From assembly GCA_013265495.1 (NCBI GenBank), contig MU061579.1, forward strand, positions 606,872 through 670,871: 64,000 nt of DNA. Direction: 5' to 3'. The notes below the pieces were generated by a model. It was not told where the DNA came from. It was given only the letters and a program-made list of their open reading frames with translations, and ran no database searches. Positions 36,548 to 49,725 of this stretch are shown here, piece by piece. Made by a program: the position numbers and the translations under genes. The stretch's first letter is position 1. The number at the start of each line of letters is the position of its first letter. The DNA comes from Vicugna vicugna. Its lineage: Eukaryota.

Positions 36548-38687
36548 ATGCCTTCCTTTTACCATAATTTATTATATGATGTTCCTTGGATTACTTTTGG
36601 ATAAGCATTTCACTTATTAGACCAAACTATATGGAATCTATTTTCTCTTCATGCACAGAACTACACAGGCCCTTAAAAAACAAGAGGTTCACTACATTGG
36701 AAGTGTGAAATAATGAAATGTTAGTTTTCAAGATATTGGCAAAGGCCAAAAATAGTTAAGCAAGGAAGGAAAAGAAGAGGTAAAATGGAGAAAAGCCATC
36801 TAAACATGATTACAGAGAATGAATGACACTTGACCATTATAAAGAGACATGTATGTTTTTTCCTTTCACTCAAAAATATTTAATCATTGCATGCATGCTG
36901 ATTTATAGATGCAGTAAAATATTGCAAAAGGATAAAATTAAAACATTAAAAATGATTTTCTTTATTATGTAGGAAACATACAAAGAAAAGTAACGTAACG
37001 GACACCGTGAGCTTTTACAAAGTCACTTTACTTTTTGCTGATAAACAGAAATGTGAAGTTAGGTTAGAAATCACCTTTTACTGTATTTTAATTTGTTTTT
37101 ACTCTTGGGATTATGTATTGGCTAGGTTCATCATTGTCTTTTCAGTACTGAAACTTTGTGGACTTTTCCAAAATTTTTAGGTGTGTCAAAGTAACAGACA
37201 AACAAAATCATAAAGACCATGCTGCAATTCAATTTTCCAAAGGATTCACTTGTTTGGGTCTCTCTGAATCATGACTAATGATTTGGGTCCCCATGCCCTG
37301 CTATCAAAGCTCAACAAAAAACTTACCATACATGAAGAACATTTGCATTGGTAATAGGATAAATTCATATACATATGTACAAGCATGTGTGAAATCAATA
37401 AATATTTGGCTACAAAGGTGATATTTAGAGTTCCTTGTTCATACTCACTGGTGCTATGGAACAGGAATAATGTCGAGTGGTATGATTTGTCACAAATGCT
37501 AATCAAATATTTCAGATAAGGCTTAGATATAAAATATAATGTGCTGAACCTTTGTTCCTTTGTAAGAGTAATTAAAAAATAAAAACCTCAAAAGAATCAA
37601 TGGTGAATTGCTGATGATTTTGGAACTAATAGGATAGGAGAACTAGAAAGTGGATTGCAACTCCGAAATAAGAGTCTTAAAAAAAAAAAGAACACACTTA
37701 TTAATCTCAAAGAAATGTTCAACTGGTAATTGGTAAATGTACTCAGATGAACATGAATTATTGTACATTTTCAGTTACACTGTAAAGTCTAGAGATCTAA
37801 CAGAGAATTAAGTTATATTCTATAGTCGTGGTATGCTGACAATAAACCAGAACTCCTTCAGAAGGGATTTTAATTGAGGATTTTATCTTAATTATGAAAG
37901 GGGACATCTAAGAAGTGGTTTAAGCCTGAGCGCAATAGAATTTAACAAGAAACAGTTCAGATTCTGGCTAAAGGCGATTAACCTGAATAAAATCTATTTT
38001 ATTTAGGAGTGCAAGCACCTAAAATTGAAGAGGTAAGGAAGTAAGCATCATCTCCTTTTGAATATGTAAAATTGTATAAATGAGTTGGAAAAGCTTTTCA
38101 GTTTCTGTAGAAAAATTGTTCTTAAGGAAAGCTTAGTTAGCTGTCATATTACACAAAAATATCTATAGTTCAAAGACGCTATTTTCACATGGTTGGTTAA
38201 TCTAGTAAAAGCTTCTTTGCATTTCTAAAATACATTTTTGAAGTGTTTTGGCTGCTGATAATTTTTTCTTTTGAAAATTAATCATACCAAATGCAGATAT
38301 GCACAGCCACTAACACTTTTAGTATCAATTTATATTTAACATATATCAATGCTAAATAAGTCTATGAGGCATATTGATGGACATGACAAATATTGACTAC
38401 CGTTTTGCAGCAAATAAAAAATTAGCACAATTATTCATTAGATTTTTTAACTCTCACATGTTGTGAACACTATTATTTTCAAATTCTACATATCTAATAT
38501 TTTTTTAAAAAGCTTACATAAACTCATTTTGAAATATTTTTGAAGTTGTAAGGCTTTATTTTAAAAGAAATTAAATGGATAAACAAGGAGAGGACACTGT
38601 TTTCAAATTAGTGTTATCTATTGACTTCTTGAGGTGTCACTCAAGCCTTTAGATCTTAAATCAATGTAGCCTCCAAATTATTTCTGT

Positions 38688-38970
38688 ATGTTCATTCATT
38701 TCTTACTTGAGCACGTTTATTTAGGACTTCATATGTTCCAAGTCAAAAGGCTAGGTGCTGGGGATGTTATCAGAACAAGGCAGAAACTACTCCTATTCTG
38801 TGAGCATACACAGTCTACCTGGGAAGCTAAATTAAAGCTCTGTAGTATGGCTTAATGATGGACATGATATGTGATACAACATGGACTAGATGGGCACACA
38901 GGAGGAACACTCAGCCTAGTCTAGGAGAGTCCACGGAAGACTTCCCAATGGAAAAACATCAAAGTTATTC
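38688..38970 (-). mobile_element. L2 3' region
   Basis: ttcattcatt...tttatttaggacttcatatgttccaag...gctaggtgctggggat...tacacagtctacctgggaag. Confidence 0.7.
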
Positions 38971-38984
38971 GGGTTAAAATGGTT

Positions 38985-39440
38985 CAGGTTGTTTTAGCTA
39001 GTTAAGGCAAGTGTGTGGTGATAATAAAATGATCTAAAATATATGATGTCTGAAAAATAATCTTACTTATATTATTTACAGAACAATTCTAGCCTGTTAC
39101 TCTTGCCTGTAGCCTGTCTTTCTTCCCTTTAGTGATACGATGACCTAGGACTCTTCTGTTTGGGGGCTTCTATTCCACCATCTCCTACTTCCTTATCCTT
39201 ATTTGCACTCAGCTATTGGAAGCAATAAAATAGCATGGAAGAGTCAGATTTGTGTTTCAAAGACTTGAACCAGAGCTAGGATACTTATGTTCATGTTTTG
39301 ACAAAAAAACTAGACGCGTGGCTAAACCAAGATGGAATAGTGGCAAAGAACTATATTCCATGGCTAGAAAACTGTAGCAAATCTGTACTACGGAAAGAGT
39401 TAAGGAATGTTAGTAGATAAATACCCATCTCAGACAGGAC
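38985..39440 (-). mobile_element. old MaLR LTR (MLT1K/L-like)
   Basis: gttaaggcaagtgtgtggtgataataaaatgatc...gacctaggactcttctg...ctagacgcgtggctaaacc...ccatctcagaca. Confidence 0.45.
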
Positions 39441-42419
39441 ATAAAGGTGCAGGTGTTAGGAAGAGTAGTTAGAATAGAAAATGTTAAGGTATAACAGTCT
39501 AGCATACGTTCATGCTTTATTCAAAATAATGAATACAGTGCATATATACTGCTCAGGGAAGGAGTCTTGAGAAAATAAGAAAAACAAAACAAACAAATGA
39601 AAATTCATCAGAAACATCTACAAACTTTGAAAGAAACATGTTATATTGCAGATGACTAAAAAGAGAGTCATCTTTTGAGTTTTTTTATGGAAACGAATCA
39701 TTGAAATTGTTTTAAGAAAAAAAGAGCTATTCAGTGTTTAAGAACCCAACTCAGATTGATTAGATATAAATTAAAAAGATGACAAACAATTTGGGGAGGA
39801 ATTGGTCTGTCCTGATGCTCTGAAGTTAGAGTCCAGTCTACTTACATGGGGAGCACACCATTCGCACATTGATCAGTTCAGATATAAAGCTAGGTCAAAG
39901 CACTGAGTTCCAGGATGATTTAGGAGCCAACAGAGCAAGGAAGGTAGGCTCTGGAGTCAGGTTTTTCAGAAGGTTTATCCTTAGGATGGCCAGTAGTTAA
40001 GTCCGAAAGACAGTAGTTAATTTTTCACAGAAGGGACCGATCCCTGAGAAGAGAGCAGTCGCGTATGGTGGATCCAAGCAAGAAGGGGGTCAAATTTAGG
40101 ATATTTATAGTGACAACTTAATGCACAAAAAATCAAAAGACCAGGTGAAATATATGACAAAAACTTTCCTAGGTCTACGTAAGGATCTGCAAAGCAAGAA
40201 AAGAGTAGTAGGGAAAATAGGAAAAGTGATATTTCGCTTTCTCTTAGGTCCCAGATACCCTTTACTGGGGACACAGGACCAGCCTGTGTGTCCCTGGCCA
40301 CCCGCATGGCACTTGCTTAGAACTTAGTCTCCCATCCCTACTGATTTACATAGTGCCTTGCTGTCTCCAACATTCCAGTTCCTCTCCTGGGAAGGCAGGT
40401 CAAATAAAAGAAAGAAATGGAGACGAAAGAAAGAGAGAAAAAATTTGACAACTTTTTCATTTTTACCTTGATTTTAATTATCTACTTAAACATCACTATG
40501 TATCTATTTATGGGTTATTTCCTAGCATATAATAATATAAGCTCCATGAAAGCAATATTAATACCGTGTTTTCTTCATTGCCCAAGGCACAGTAAATTGA
40601 ATAAATTCTCTTTCGATAACTAGGCCATCAAATATTCTCTTCCTCTCAAGATGAGAATCTCTGGAGCAAAATATAAGAATCAGCAAAATTTGCATAGGAC
40701 ACATACAATATAATTGACGGTTTAAAGATTAGTCAATGTAACACTCTCACAGGAAGTTACAGACAGAAGATTCCACTGTGAATTCTCTTCATTTGGGTTT
40801 TCTTTGTTTCAAGTTTAAACGTATGTGGTGAGCAGTATGCGAGTCAAGCTGGGTTGAGTTTGACAGAGGGCAGGCTTTAGAACGTCTTTTGTAATTCTTG
40901 CCTGGGTGCCACTTGCTTTATTTGGGGGCCTGTCAGTATTAAGCAGTTTCTGTGACTGCTTTTTGTTGTTGTCTAGCTCTTTCCTAACAATCTGACAATT
41001 CGTGAGACTATATGTCAACTTCCATGAAGAAGGAGAGTTAAGATGAAGTAATCTTGATTCTGCGGAGTCAGACCAAATCTCTTTGTCTTCTTCTTTTGAA
41101 TTTCCACCTTCACTAGACCCAGCCTACGTAGACCTGATGGAGAGGAAGTAAGGATATTTCTGGCCCTGTTGCTACATTTCAATAAGCATATATGCATTTG
41201 CTTTCTATTTTTCTGGTTAACATGCTTACTGTACTGCAATGAGTGGCTATTAGTTACTCTTTAAAGTTAGAACCGTTAGTCTAGGCCAGACACTCTCAGT
41301 TTGGTCCAAGCTAGTTAACCAGAGTTGTGAAGCTGTTAATAACAGCACCATTTCCTTTATCTATTTCTTGTGCCCTTTTGCACAGATATCTCCTTGAAGG
41401 ACTTTTCAGGAGAGAGGTATCCTTGGGTTAGAGCACAATTAGAAGTTTCCTGGCTCATCTAGCCCACAATGATCTTAATATCAGCACTGATCTCTCATTC
41501 TACCATTCTTATTAGTGCATTTAAACTTTTATAAATTTATAAATACCCAGTTCCAAATAAAACTAATATTTTACTCTCTCAAAAACACAATGGTGCTGTC
41601 CATGAGATTCTTCTTTAAAGAACTAAGATATATCAATTTATAACCTTTTTAATTCTCTTGGAATGAAATAGCTGGTTTTTGAAACTCTCAATTTATTTAA
41701 ACCACCAGAGTGGCATTAAGAACATTCTGGCTTCCTAACACTTAGGGAATGGTGCTCCAATAACCTGGAAGACACCCACCATACAGTTTTAAAACATACT
41801 TCTAGGAAGAAATTTTAGATCACAAGAATTAACAAATTAAAACAAATTTGGATTAACAGAATAAAACACAAAGAAGATTCTCTCTGAATGATGGAAGTAG
41901 GACACACAGTAACATTTTTAACCTGAATATTATCAACGTATTAAATGTAAGAGTGAGTGAGAAGTATGGAATGACACTCAAACTAAATAAATTTAATGCA
42001 ATAAAAACATTCTAATGTTTTAAAATGCATTTTTTTTCTTTGAAGGAGATTTTTCATGAACCTTAATGGAGATGCTAATTATTACTTCTTCAGCGATTGG
42101 GAGAGACACAAATTTCTTATTAGGGGTCTAAGAAAATAGTTTTTGTCATGCTTTAATGCTCCAATTTTAAATGTCTAATTGCTTTAATTAGTTTCTTCAA
42201 AGCTATATGCATTTAAAAATAATAAATTTAAACAGAGTTCACAGTTTTGGAAGAGCTTATACAGTTTCATCGTCAGAAATCAAACATACCCAAAAGCAAC
42301 TTTGTGAAGTACGTATGTGTTAATTGGGACATTAGAGAATGAATTTTGCTTGTACTTCTCAGAGATATAAATAGCAAATGACTGTGCGATTCCTAAATAC
42401 ACTGTATTAGAGGGTAGGT

Positions 42420-42560
42420 TTACTATTATATCCCTGGCTGGAATTTAAGCATCTTGAGACCTGGAAGCATGCTTTACTCATCTTTAAAATACCAGCATCT
42501 GCAAAGGTTATAGTTCCTACTAGGCTTTCAATAAATATTTCTTAATAAAAAGAATGGAAA
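42420..42560 (+). mobile_element. L2 3' terminal fragment
   Basis: ctggaatttaagcatcttgag...tactcatcttt...ccagcatct...taggctttcaataaatattt. Confidence 0.6.
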
Positions 42561-45500
42561 GATACATTTAAAGTATGAAATTAGTTTCTTTAAATTACTT
42601 ATAAATGGATAATTCGTTTTTGGTTCAACTAAGTCTTAACCTGCTATGATTTTGTCTATTAAACGGAATGCTGCAGTGAGTTCATGCCATGGTGTACAGA
42701 GCAGGTTATAACTTGCTTTGAATAAAAATCAAAGGTTATGATATTTCTGTAAACCAAATCAGGAAGTGCTTTTTTCCAGAACGTTCAATTTTGTAGCCAG
42801 TAAGTGTGGTCAGGGCGACAATGCTGCTGCTAAAACACAGTGAAGTGAAGAGTGAAAGTTGGTAATGTGTCCGCGGTGTCTGTGAGACGTCATCATGTTG
42901 TAAGAACACAAGAGCTCTGCTTGTTCTATTTGTTTGATGTGATTTTAGATCTTCTTTCAAACACATTTCTTTCAAACAAAAATTCTTATGTTTCAAAAGT
43001 TTGCCTCTACACCCCGGCATCTTGTAGAAGCACTTTGTGATGCTATAGACATAGTGAGCGAGTGTATACTACAAACTGAAAAGGACCTCAAGTCACACAG
43101 GAATGACTCAGTATTAACTAACCTCATATGAATAGTTACACACCATGGGTTAAATTATGTCCTACTGAAAATGCATATTGCTCTATGTGGCCAAACCCTT
43201 ATATTTGCATTTTAGGCCATAAGTGTACATACTCCAGATAAAGCTAAATTTTTCAAGCTTCAGAAATCACCTCAGTAATCATTTGGACCATGTTAGACTG
43301 TACAAAATAGTCTGACTTAAAATAAAAAACATTGTGTGTATATATTTCAGTAAGTACCTTTGTCTATATTTAAAGAATTGTCCGAGTATACATTCAATTG
43401 ACAGAATTATACATACCTTTCTACTAGTGTAGATCATTATGTCTTTGCTATAAAAAAGCCAGTCTTTGGATTAAACATATTTTTTTAAACTAGATAAATT
43501 TATTGGGCTATCACATAAAACTCGTAGCAGATATGTCAGTTAATAAAGTTACTAACATCATTTATAATCAAGATAAATATATATTTTGATATTATACTTA
43601 TTATTTCACTGAAAAACCCACAATGAATAGATTTGAGATCATAGAAGTGAAGTTAATTTAAATTTACCTACACAGTCATCTCTGAAATTTCTATGTGTAC
43701 CCCTCTTATAAAGGTTAATTTTTCTTCCTAATAGTCATTTGTGGGTGGAAATCAATCCTTACGTTTTTGGTTGATATTGATGTCAAATTATTTTATGTGC
43801 TGATGAAATTTCTGGAATAGATTTCTTTCCGCATCTCTTCCTCACTCATTTTTTCTTTTAAGAGTTACATATAAATCTCACATGTAGTAATACATCCAGG
43901 CAGGCAAACGTCCTGACCAAAGCTAAGTCAGTCCTTGTCCATCCTTCCTTCAATGTCATCGGCAGCCAGAAGGCAAAAAATTATTCAGTGCTTTCTTTGA
44001 ATCGTATACTAGAATATTCCCTGAGTTTATACTGAACTAACAATAGACATCAAAAGCTCTCCTTTCCCTGGACTTGTAGCTGCATAGTCAGCATTTTATG
44101 CTTCTTTGTCTATTTGCTTTTCTCTGTGGATGACCTTACATTTGAGAACTTTTTTTCATTTGATGTTCTGTTGTTGTTGTTACATAAAGCTTAGAAACAC
44201 ACTATGTTCACTATAATCTTAGGCAATTAGCTTCATGGATTTATTTCTATAATTTTGTTGCTAAGAGTCATAGACACAGACAAAGATTGTTCAAATAAAT
44301 TTTAGCAGCCCTTTCCTGTGCCTCCAGATACCGTGTTCAAACTCTGACAGATAACCCAGGCAAGCTGCTGCAATGAATGAGGATGTGATTTTAGAAGGGC
44401 TGTGCAATGAAATTTGTAGCTGACTTACTCTTCAGCGTTGTTTCTTGCTTAAGGACTTGAAATAAATAGTAGGATATGATGGGCAATTTTGGAAAATCCA
44501 TGATACAGAATGCTGTCGATTTAGGCAGTTTCTCGACCATGGGATTACACATCCAGTGTTCACTAAGAAAAATAAATCTTTCTCTCTTCCAGTTTTGGCT
44601 AACATTTACTGTCAACAAAAATAATCAAACAAACAAACAAAAAAACAAAAACAAGAAAAAAGGATAGATACATAGCTAAATTTTCTTCCCTTATCCTGGT
44701 TAAAAAAAATATACTGTATCTTTTGGGTACCCATTCTACACAGAGAATCATCGGAAATCCTTATAAATGTGATGCTGAGGGCAGGATGTCCCCAAATCTT
44801 CCACTGTCCTGTGGTTAACACTTCCTTTCCCTCTGTACTCCCTCATAAGCCCAGAAACTTAGCATGAGAGTGTTTGGGGAAGGGAGAAGAAAAATCCATT
44901 CCATTTTGTAACTTCTAAAGCAGGGGTGCTCTTATGGAATTCTCCATCTCACACTTGGTCTCACCCTCGGAGAATGCTGACTGTCTTCCACATCATGTTT
45001 GCCCTACTGGACACAAAGTATGAGGAAGATGGGACTGTGTGCATGGAAACCTACAAAATATTTTGGTGAGCCAGACTGCAGGCAGCAGTCTTTACACACT
45101 TTCATGCCCTGTGTCTGGGCTTCTGACCTCTCACCACTTCCCTCCCTCACAAGGATTATTTCCTTCAACAAAAGTGTATATTCTCAAATCCTAACCACAG
45201 ACTAGTGACTTCCTAAAATAAGTTTATCAAATTAGCGAAAGACTGAGAGAAACCCTGTCCTGGCTATTTGTAGTCAAATTCATCTCTTTCTTCCTGGATA
45301 GTACAAGGTTGTGCCCTCAGAAAGGTAAAGTAAAAAAGTCTCTTTATTTATTTGTTTTTGGTCTGATTCTCTGCTTCATCTGTCCTTCACTAGAGCGATG
45401 GGTGTACAATTTCCTATGTAGTGATAAGGAAGGGTCACGGGCAGGGAGGTCTAGTGGAGGATTTCTCCTTAGTAAATTGATGTCTCTAACCGCCAATTCC

Positions 45501-45954
45501 CTCAAGGTAGTGGGGCCCATCTCTGATTCACAGCAGGGGGTACAATAAAGGAGCACTACATTTTCCAACAGGCAACGGGCAAAGTCTTAATTTACATCTA
45601 TTGTCCTCATGAGTTCTTCCTTCTGGGCAAAACCAATCATTCATGACAGAGAATCTGGAGTGTGTCTATGAATGGCCTTGAAAGCAGGTATGTGGCCCTC
45701 AGTCAAATTACTGCTGGGAAGAAAAATTCTTTCCTTTTCAATCATCATCTAATCTTTACCTTTGTTTTGAAGCTACTGACCCCAAGGTAGAAATACATAT
45801 TTTTTTACTCTGTATGAATCTAGAAAATGTCACTCATTACCTAGGTAGAAGGAAGTAAAAATGTGAGCTCTGTGCAAGGAATGTGGAAACTGCTTGTATC
45901 CCAGTTCTGATTTCGCCACTGTCTCTCTGACTTTGATTAAATCTCACTTTCTCT

Positions 45955-46560
45955 ACTCATTTCTTCATTCATTCATTCAGATATCTACTGAATGGTTACT
46001 ACATGCCAAGCCCTGCTCAGTTTATGAACAGTCCCCAGGCAAAATGTCTGTATGCAGTAACTTAGTGGACAACACAGAATAACATAGATGAAAAATGAAT
46101 AAAAATTAGATGACAAAGAGTCCTCTAATCAGGATTTGATAGTGGAGAACAGTAGAGTAAGTACCTGGCTCTGTTGCCCGAGAAAGGAAATGAGATCTTT
46201 TCAAAGAAGTAACGTCCAGCTGAAAATTGAAGAATGACGCAAGCAAGAAAAAGCCAAAGTACAAGGATACATATAGACATCCTTATCTATCGATCTATCG
46301 ATTTTTCGATCTATCAGTCTATCTATATTAAATGTATAGTTCTAGATGTATTCCCAAAGGGACATATTTGGGGAGGAAAATGAGATTAAATTGAAATAAT
46401 AAAATCCTGGAATGAGTTTTAGTCACAGTAAGGAATTTTAACTTTATCTTGAATACAATGGAACATCATTATTAGTTTTTTAATACTGAACTGACATATT
46501 GATTTTAGGAAGAGTTCCTGAAAATCAGGGAGTTGAAGGAGTTCAGAGAAGTAAAACTGT
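45955..46560 (-). mobile_element. L2 3' region
   Basis: cattcattcattcagatatctactgaatggttactacatgccaagccctg...gtaaggaattttaactttatct. Confidence 0.65.
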
Positions 46561-47904
46561 AAAGCTCCACAATTAAATGATTTCTGATCAACAAAATTGA
46601 CATAAAATATGTGATACCACATAACCCAGAGGTGGGCACTATATTCTAAGATAGAAGCATATTATAATATAAAAATCTAATGATAGATTACAATGCTTTG
46701 CACCAGGAAGTCATTTAATACATGTTTACTGAATTAATGATGAGTGAATAGTTCCAAGAAGGTCTTAGAAACTGCACAGAACAAAACTCATATTTATGTG
46801 TAAGAAATGAAACACTGAAATATGGTTCTTTATTGTTCTCTGCTTTCTATTTTAAACAATTATTATCTCAAATTTGGGAAAGTATTTTAAAGTGCTATGA
46901 AATTCATTGAAAACTCCAATGTAAAAGTTTATAAAATAGTATTTAGTTAATTAACATAACTGAATAATCATTTAAACATATTTCAGTGAGGCCACTCTGA
47001 TATATTCTTTGAAATAACAGTGATACAGAGAACTTAAAAGAAGGCTATACACAGATATTCTGAATGCAAAGGAAAGTATGTACTTAATTTCCACTTCAGG
47101 ACAGATGAATGCAGGTTGGTTGCAAGGCATTTCAAAAACACATTTCAAAGGAGATAATGTATTTGAATACATTTAATCCAGTACAATGTTAGAAAGTAAA
47201 GCTCTGAGCCTCTCTGAAATAAACTAATATCTTCTTGAAAACAATCTCTTGAAACCTTGGAAGACTACCCCATCACTAAAAAAGAAACATGTCTAAAAAA
47301 TAAAGGTCAACCTGGAGAAATTGTCAATTTTCCTCCTGTAAAGTTAAATAAGCTTTTCTTCAGAAGAAGTGGGTGGGGGGGGGGTGACACCAAGGTTGAG
47401 TGAATCTCTATTCTGTCATTCAGATTTCCAGTTGGTTTCTTCAAGCAAGTAATTGCAGAGAAATGAGTTCTTCTCTCAATAGCTAGTAATTTTTCTTACT
47501 CTTCAAACTATGGCTTTCACATCAGTCCTAGAGGCCTTTAATGCCAGTTACACTTCCTCAGACTTTTAACTAGCACTATGGCTCTCAGTCAAAATGCACA
47601 TGAAGGAGAATTGGATGACTTTTAGGGCTGAGGATAAGAGCTCAGGGCTTTCTTCTTAGGTGCATCCACATTATTTTCTCTGACAGATTGCTTTTAGCTT
47701 TGTTATAAAGTTATTTTGTAGCCTTCCTCCTATTTCAGTTATTGATTAAGAAACAAAGCATTTACCCTCCAGATTTGAACTTAATTCTAAGTAAGGTGGG
47801 TAGCATTACAAGTCTGTGTTTTCTGTACTTGCAAATAGTGTTTAGTTCATTCTGTTGAAGTCTACAAACTAGGTGTATTTATCAATCACCAGAATCAATC
47901 ATTT

Positions 47905-48418
47905 TATTAATTTATCAGGAAGGACTTACAGTAAGAAGACTAATTATAAGGAATTAGCTCATCTGATCATAATCATAATTCCATAGAATCTGGTTATTCC
48001 TGAAATGTGCAGTCAGGAAGCTGGACACCCAGGAGAGCCTTTTTTTTTTTCCTTTCTCTTTTTTTCTTCTTCTTTTTTTTTTTTTTTCCAATTCATAGGC
48101 CAAAAGTCTAGAAGCCCTGGAAGAGCTGATATTTCAGTTCAAGTATGAAGGCAGGAAAAAGCCAATGTTCCTGTTCAAATCAGACAGAAAGAATTCTCTC
48201 TTCCTCAGGAAAGTTTCAGCCTTCTTGGGCTATTCAGGCTTTCAAATGACTAGATGAAGCCTATTTCATTATGAGGGGCAATGGGCTTAACTCAGTCTTC
48301 CAAATTAAAAGTCAAACTCATCCACAAACACCCTCACCAAAACACCCAGAATAAGGTTTTACTAAATTTCTGGGCACCCCATGGCCCAGTCAAGTTGACA
48401 CATAAAATTAACCATCAT
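47905..48418 (-). mobile_element. MLT2-family (ERVL) solo LTR
   Basis: ttataaggaattagctca...aagctggacacccaggagagc...caccctcaccaaaacacccagaataa...ggcccagtcaagttgacacataaaattaaccatca (diagnostic MLT2 5' end, antisense). Confidence 0.9.
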
Positions 48419-48477
48419 GTTAGGAATAGTATTTCTTTTTTCATGGCTTTAGAGTGAATTACCAGTTAAAATAATTC

Positions 48478-48815
48478 AAAAAACCAAACCAAAACAAACG
48501 GACACTATGACCTCATCTACAAAACAGAAACAGAGTCAGACATAGTAAACAATTTTATGGTTACCAGGGAAAGGGGGTGGGGAGGGATAAATTTGGCAGT
48601 TTGATATTTACAAATGTTAGCCACTATATATAAAAATAGATTAAAAGATTGTTTCTTTGGATAGCACAGGGAACTAGGCTCAATATCTTGTAATAACCTT
48701 TAATAGAAAAAAATATGAAAATGAATATATGTATGTATATGCAAGACTGGGACATTGTGCTGAACACCAGAAATTGATACATTGTAATTGACTGTACTTC
48801 TATTAAAAAAAAAAG
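48478..48815 (+). mobile_element. 5'-truncated young L1 3' end
   Basis: catctacaaaacagaaacagagtcagacatagtaaacaa...gactgtacttctattaaaaaaaaaa; near-identical to 29087-29388. Confidence 0.9.
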
Positions 48816-49521
48816 ACAGAAATTAACAACTAAGCTCATCAATTTTTTTCAAAATTAAAAAAAGAAATCATAAATATATATTCTCTATATATAAGTAATA
48901 GAGTAATTATAATAAAAGTAACATCTAATTCTCCTTCAGTTTTTGAAATGTGCCAAATTTTGAGCTCATAGTTTTACATTCACTATTAATTAGGAAACTA
49001 TACTCACTAATCAAAGAAAGATTCACATCCAAAGTAAGTAAAATCCAGATGGAACTGAACATTTTTGGAGCACAGCCAGCTCCCATGTCTTCATTTCCAC
49101 GTTGCATGCAGTGTCTAGATTTGGCCCAGAACCTCAGCTGGACTACGGTTTCTATTTATCTGAAACTTGCTAAAAGGTGGGAGTTGCTACAATGAGGCAG
49201 ATCCCTGCTCACTGGAAGGAGACTCTTTCAATTATTAATGAAATCCAATAGCAGACAAAAGCCATGCACTCGTATCCAAGCAGGGTCTGGAAAAGTACTT
49301 TTGTGTATTTTACTGAGGATATTCAAGGACGAGGTAAAAGATTGTGCTGGAGAGATGGCTCCTTTTAATTCTGAAATCCCTTCAAATGTAGGAAAACATT
49401 TTCTTTTTTGGTAAAAGTTTAATTCAGATTTTTTTTTCACTCTTTGAAAATACACATTTTTGTAACCTTTCAGAAAATCAATTTGACACTTATATGAGGA
49501 GACTTAAAAATATATATCACT

Positions 49522-49725
49522 CCTAAGGTCAACTATGGACTTTGGGTAATTATGGCATGTTAATCTAAGACCATCACTGGTTAAAAAAAAATGCACCGTC
49601 CTGAAGATTGATGTTGACAACGGGGGAGGCTTGCAAGTGTGAGGAAAGGATATATGAGAAATCTCTTTACCTTCCTTTCAAATTTGTTCTATACCTAAAA
49701 CTACTCTTTAAAAATTCTTTAAAAA
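49522..49725 (+). mobile_element. L1MC-like 3' end, within older L1ME-like sequence (~49450-49980)
   Basis: cctaaggtcaactatggactttgggtaattatg...gatgttgacaacgggggaggc...gaaatctctttaccttcc...cctaaaactactct. Confidence 0.75.

Noticed and set aside
39800..40400. Possible old LTR (also ~44780-45600)
   Set aside because: GC-richer than flanks, but I cannot identify termini, a TSD or family motifs, so it is left uncalled.
45309..45568. Overlapping ORFs on both strands
   Set aside because: Both are under 80 aa with non-ATG starts in a GC-richer patch where stops are rarer, and no splice or homology support exists.
46284..46328. Palindromic atcgat cluster as a regulatory element
   Set aside because: It is explained as a decayed (ATCT)n microsatellite.
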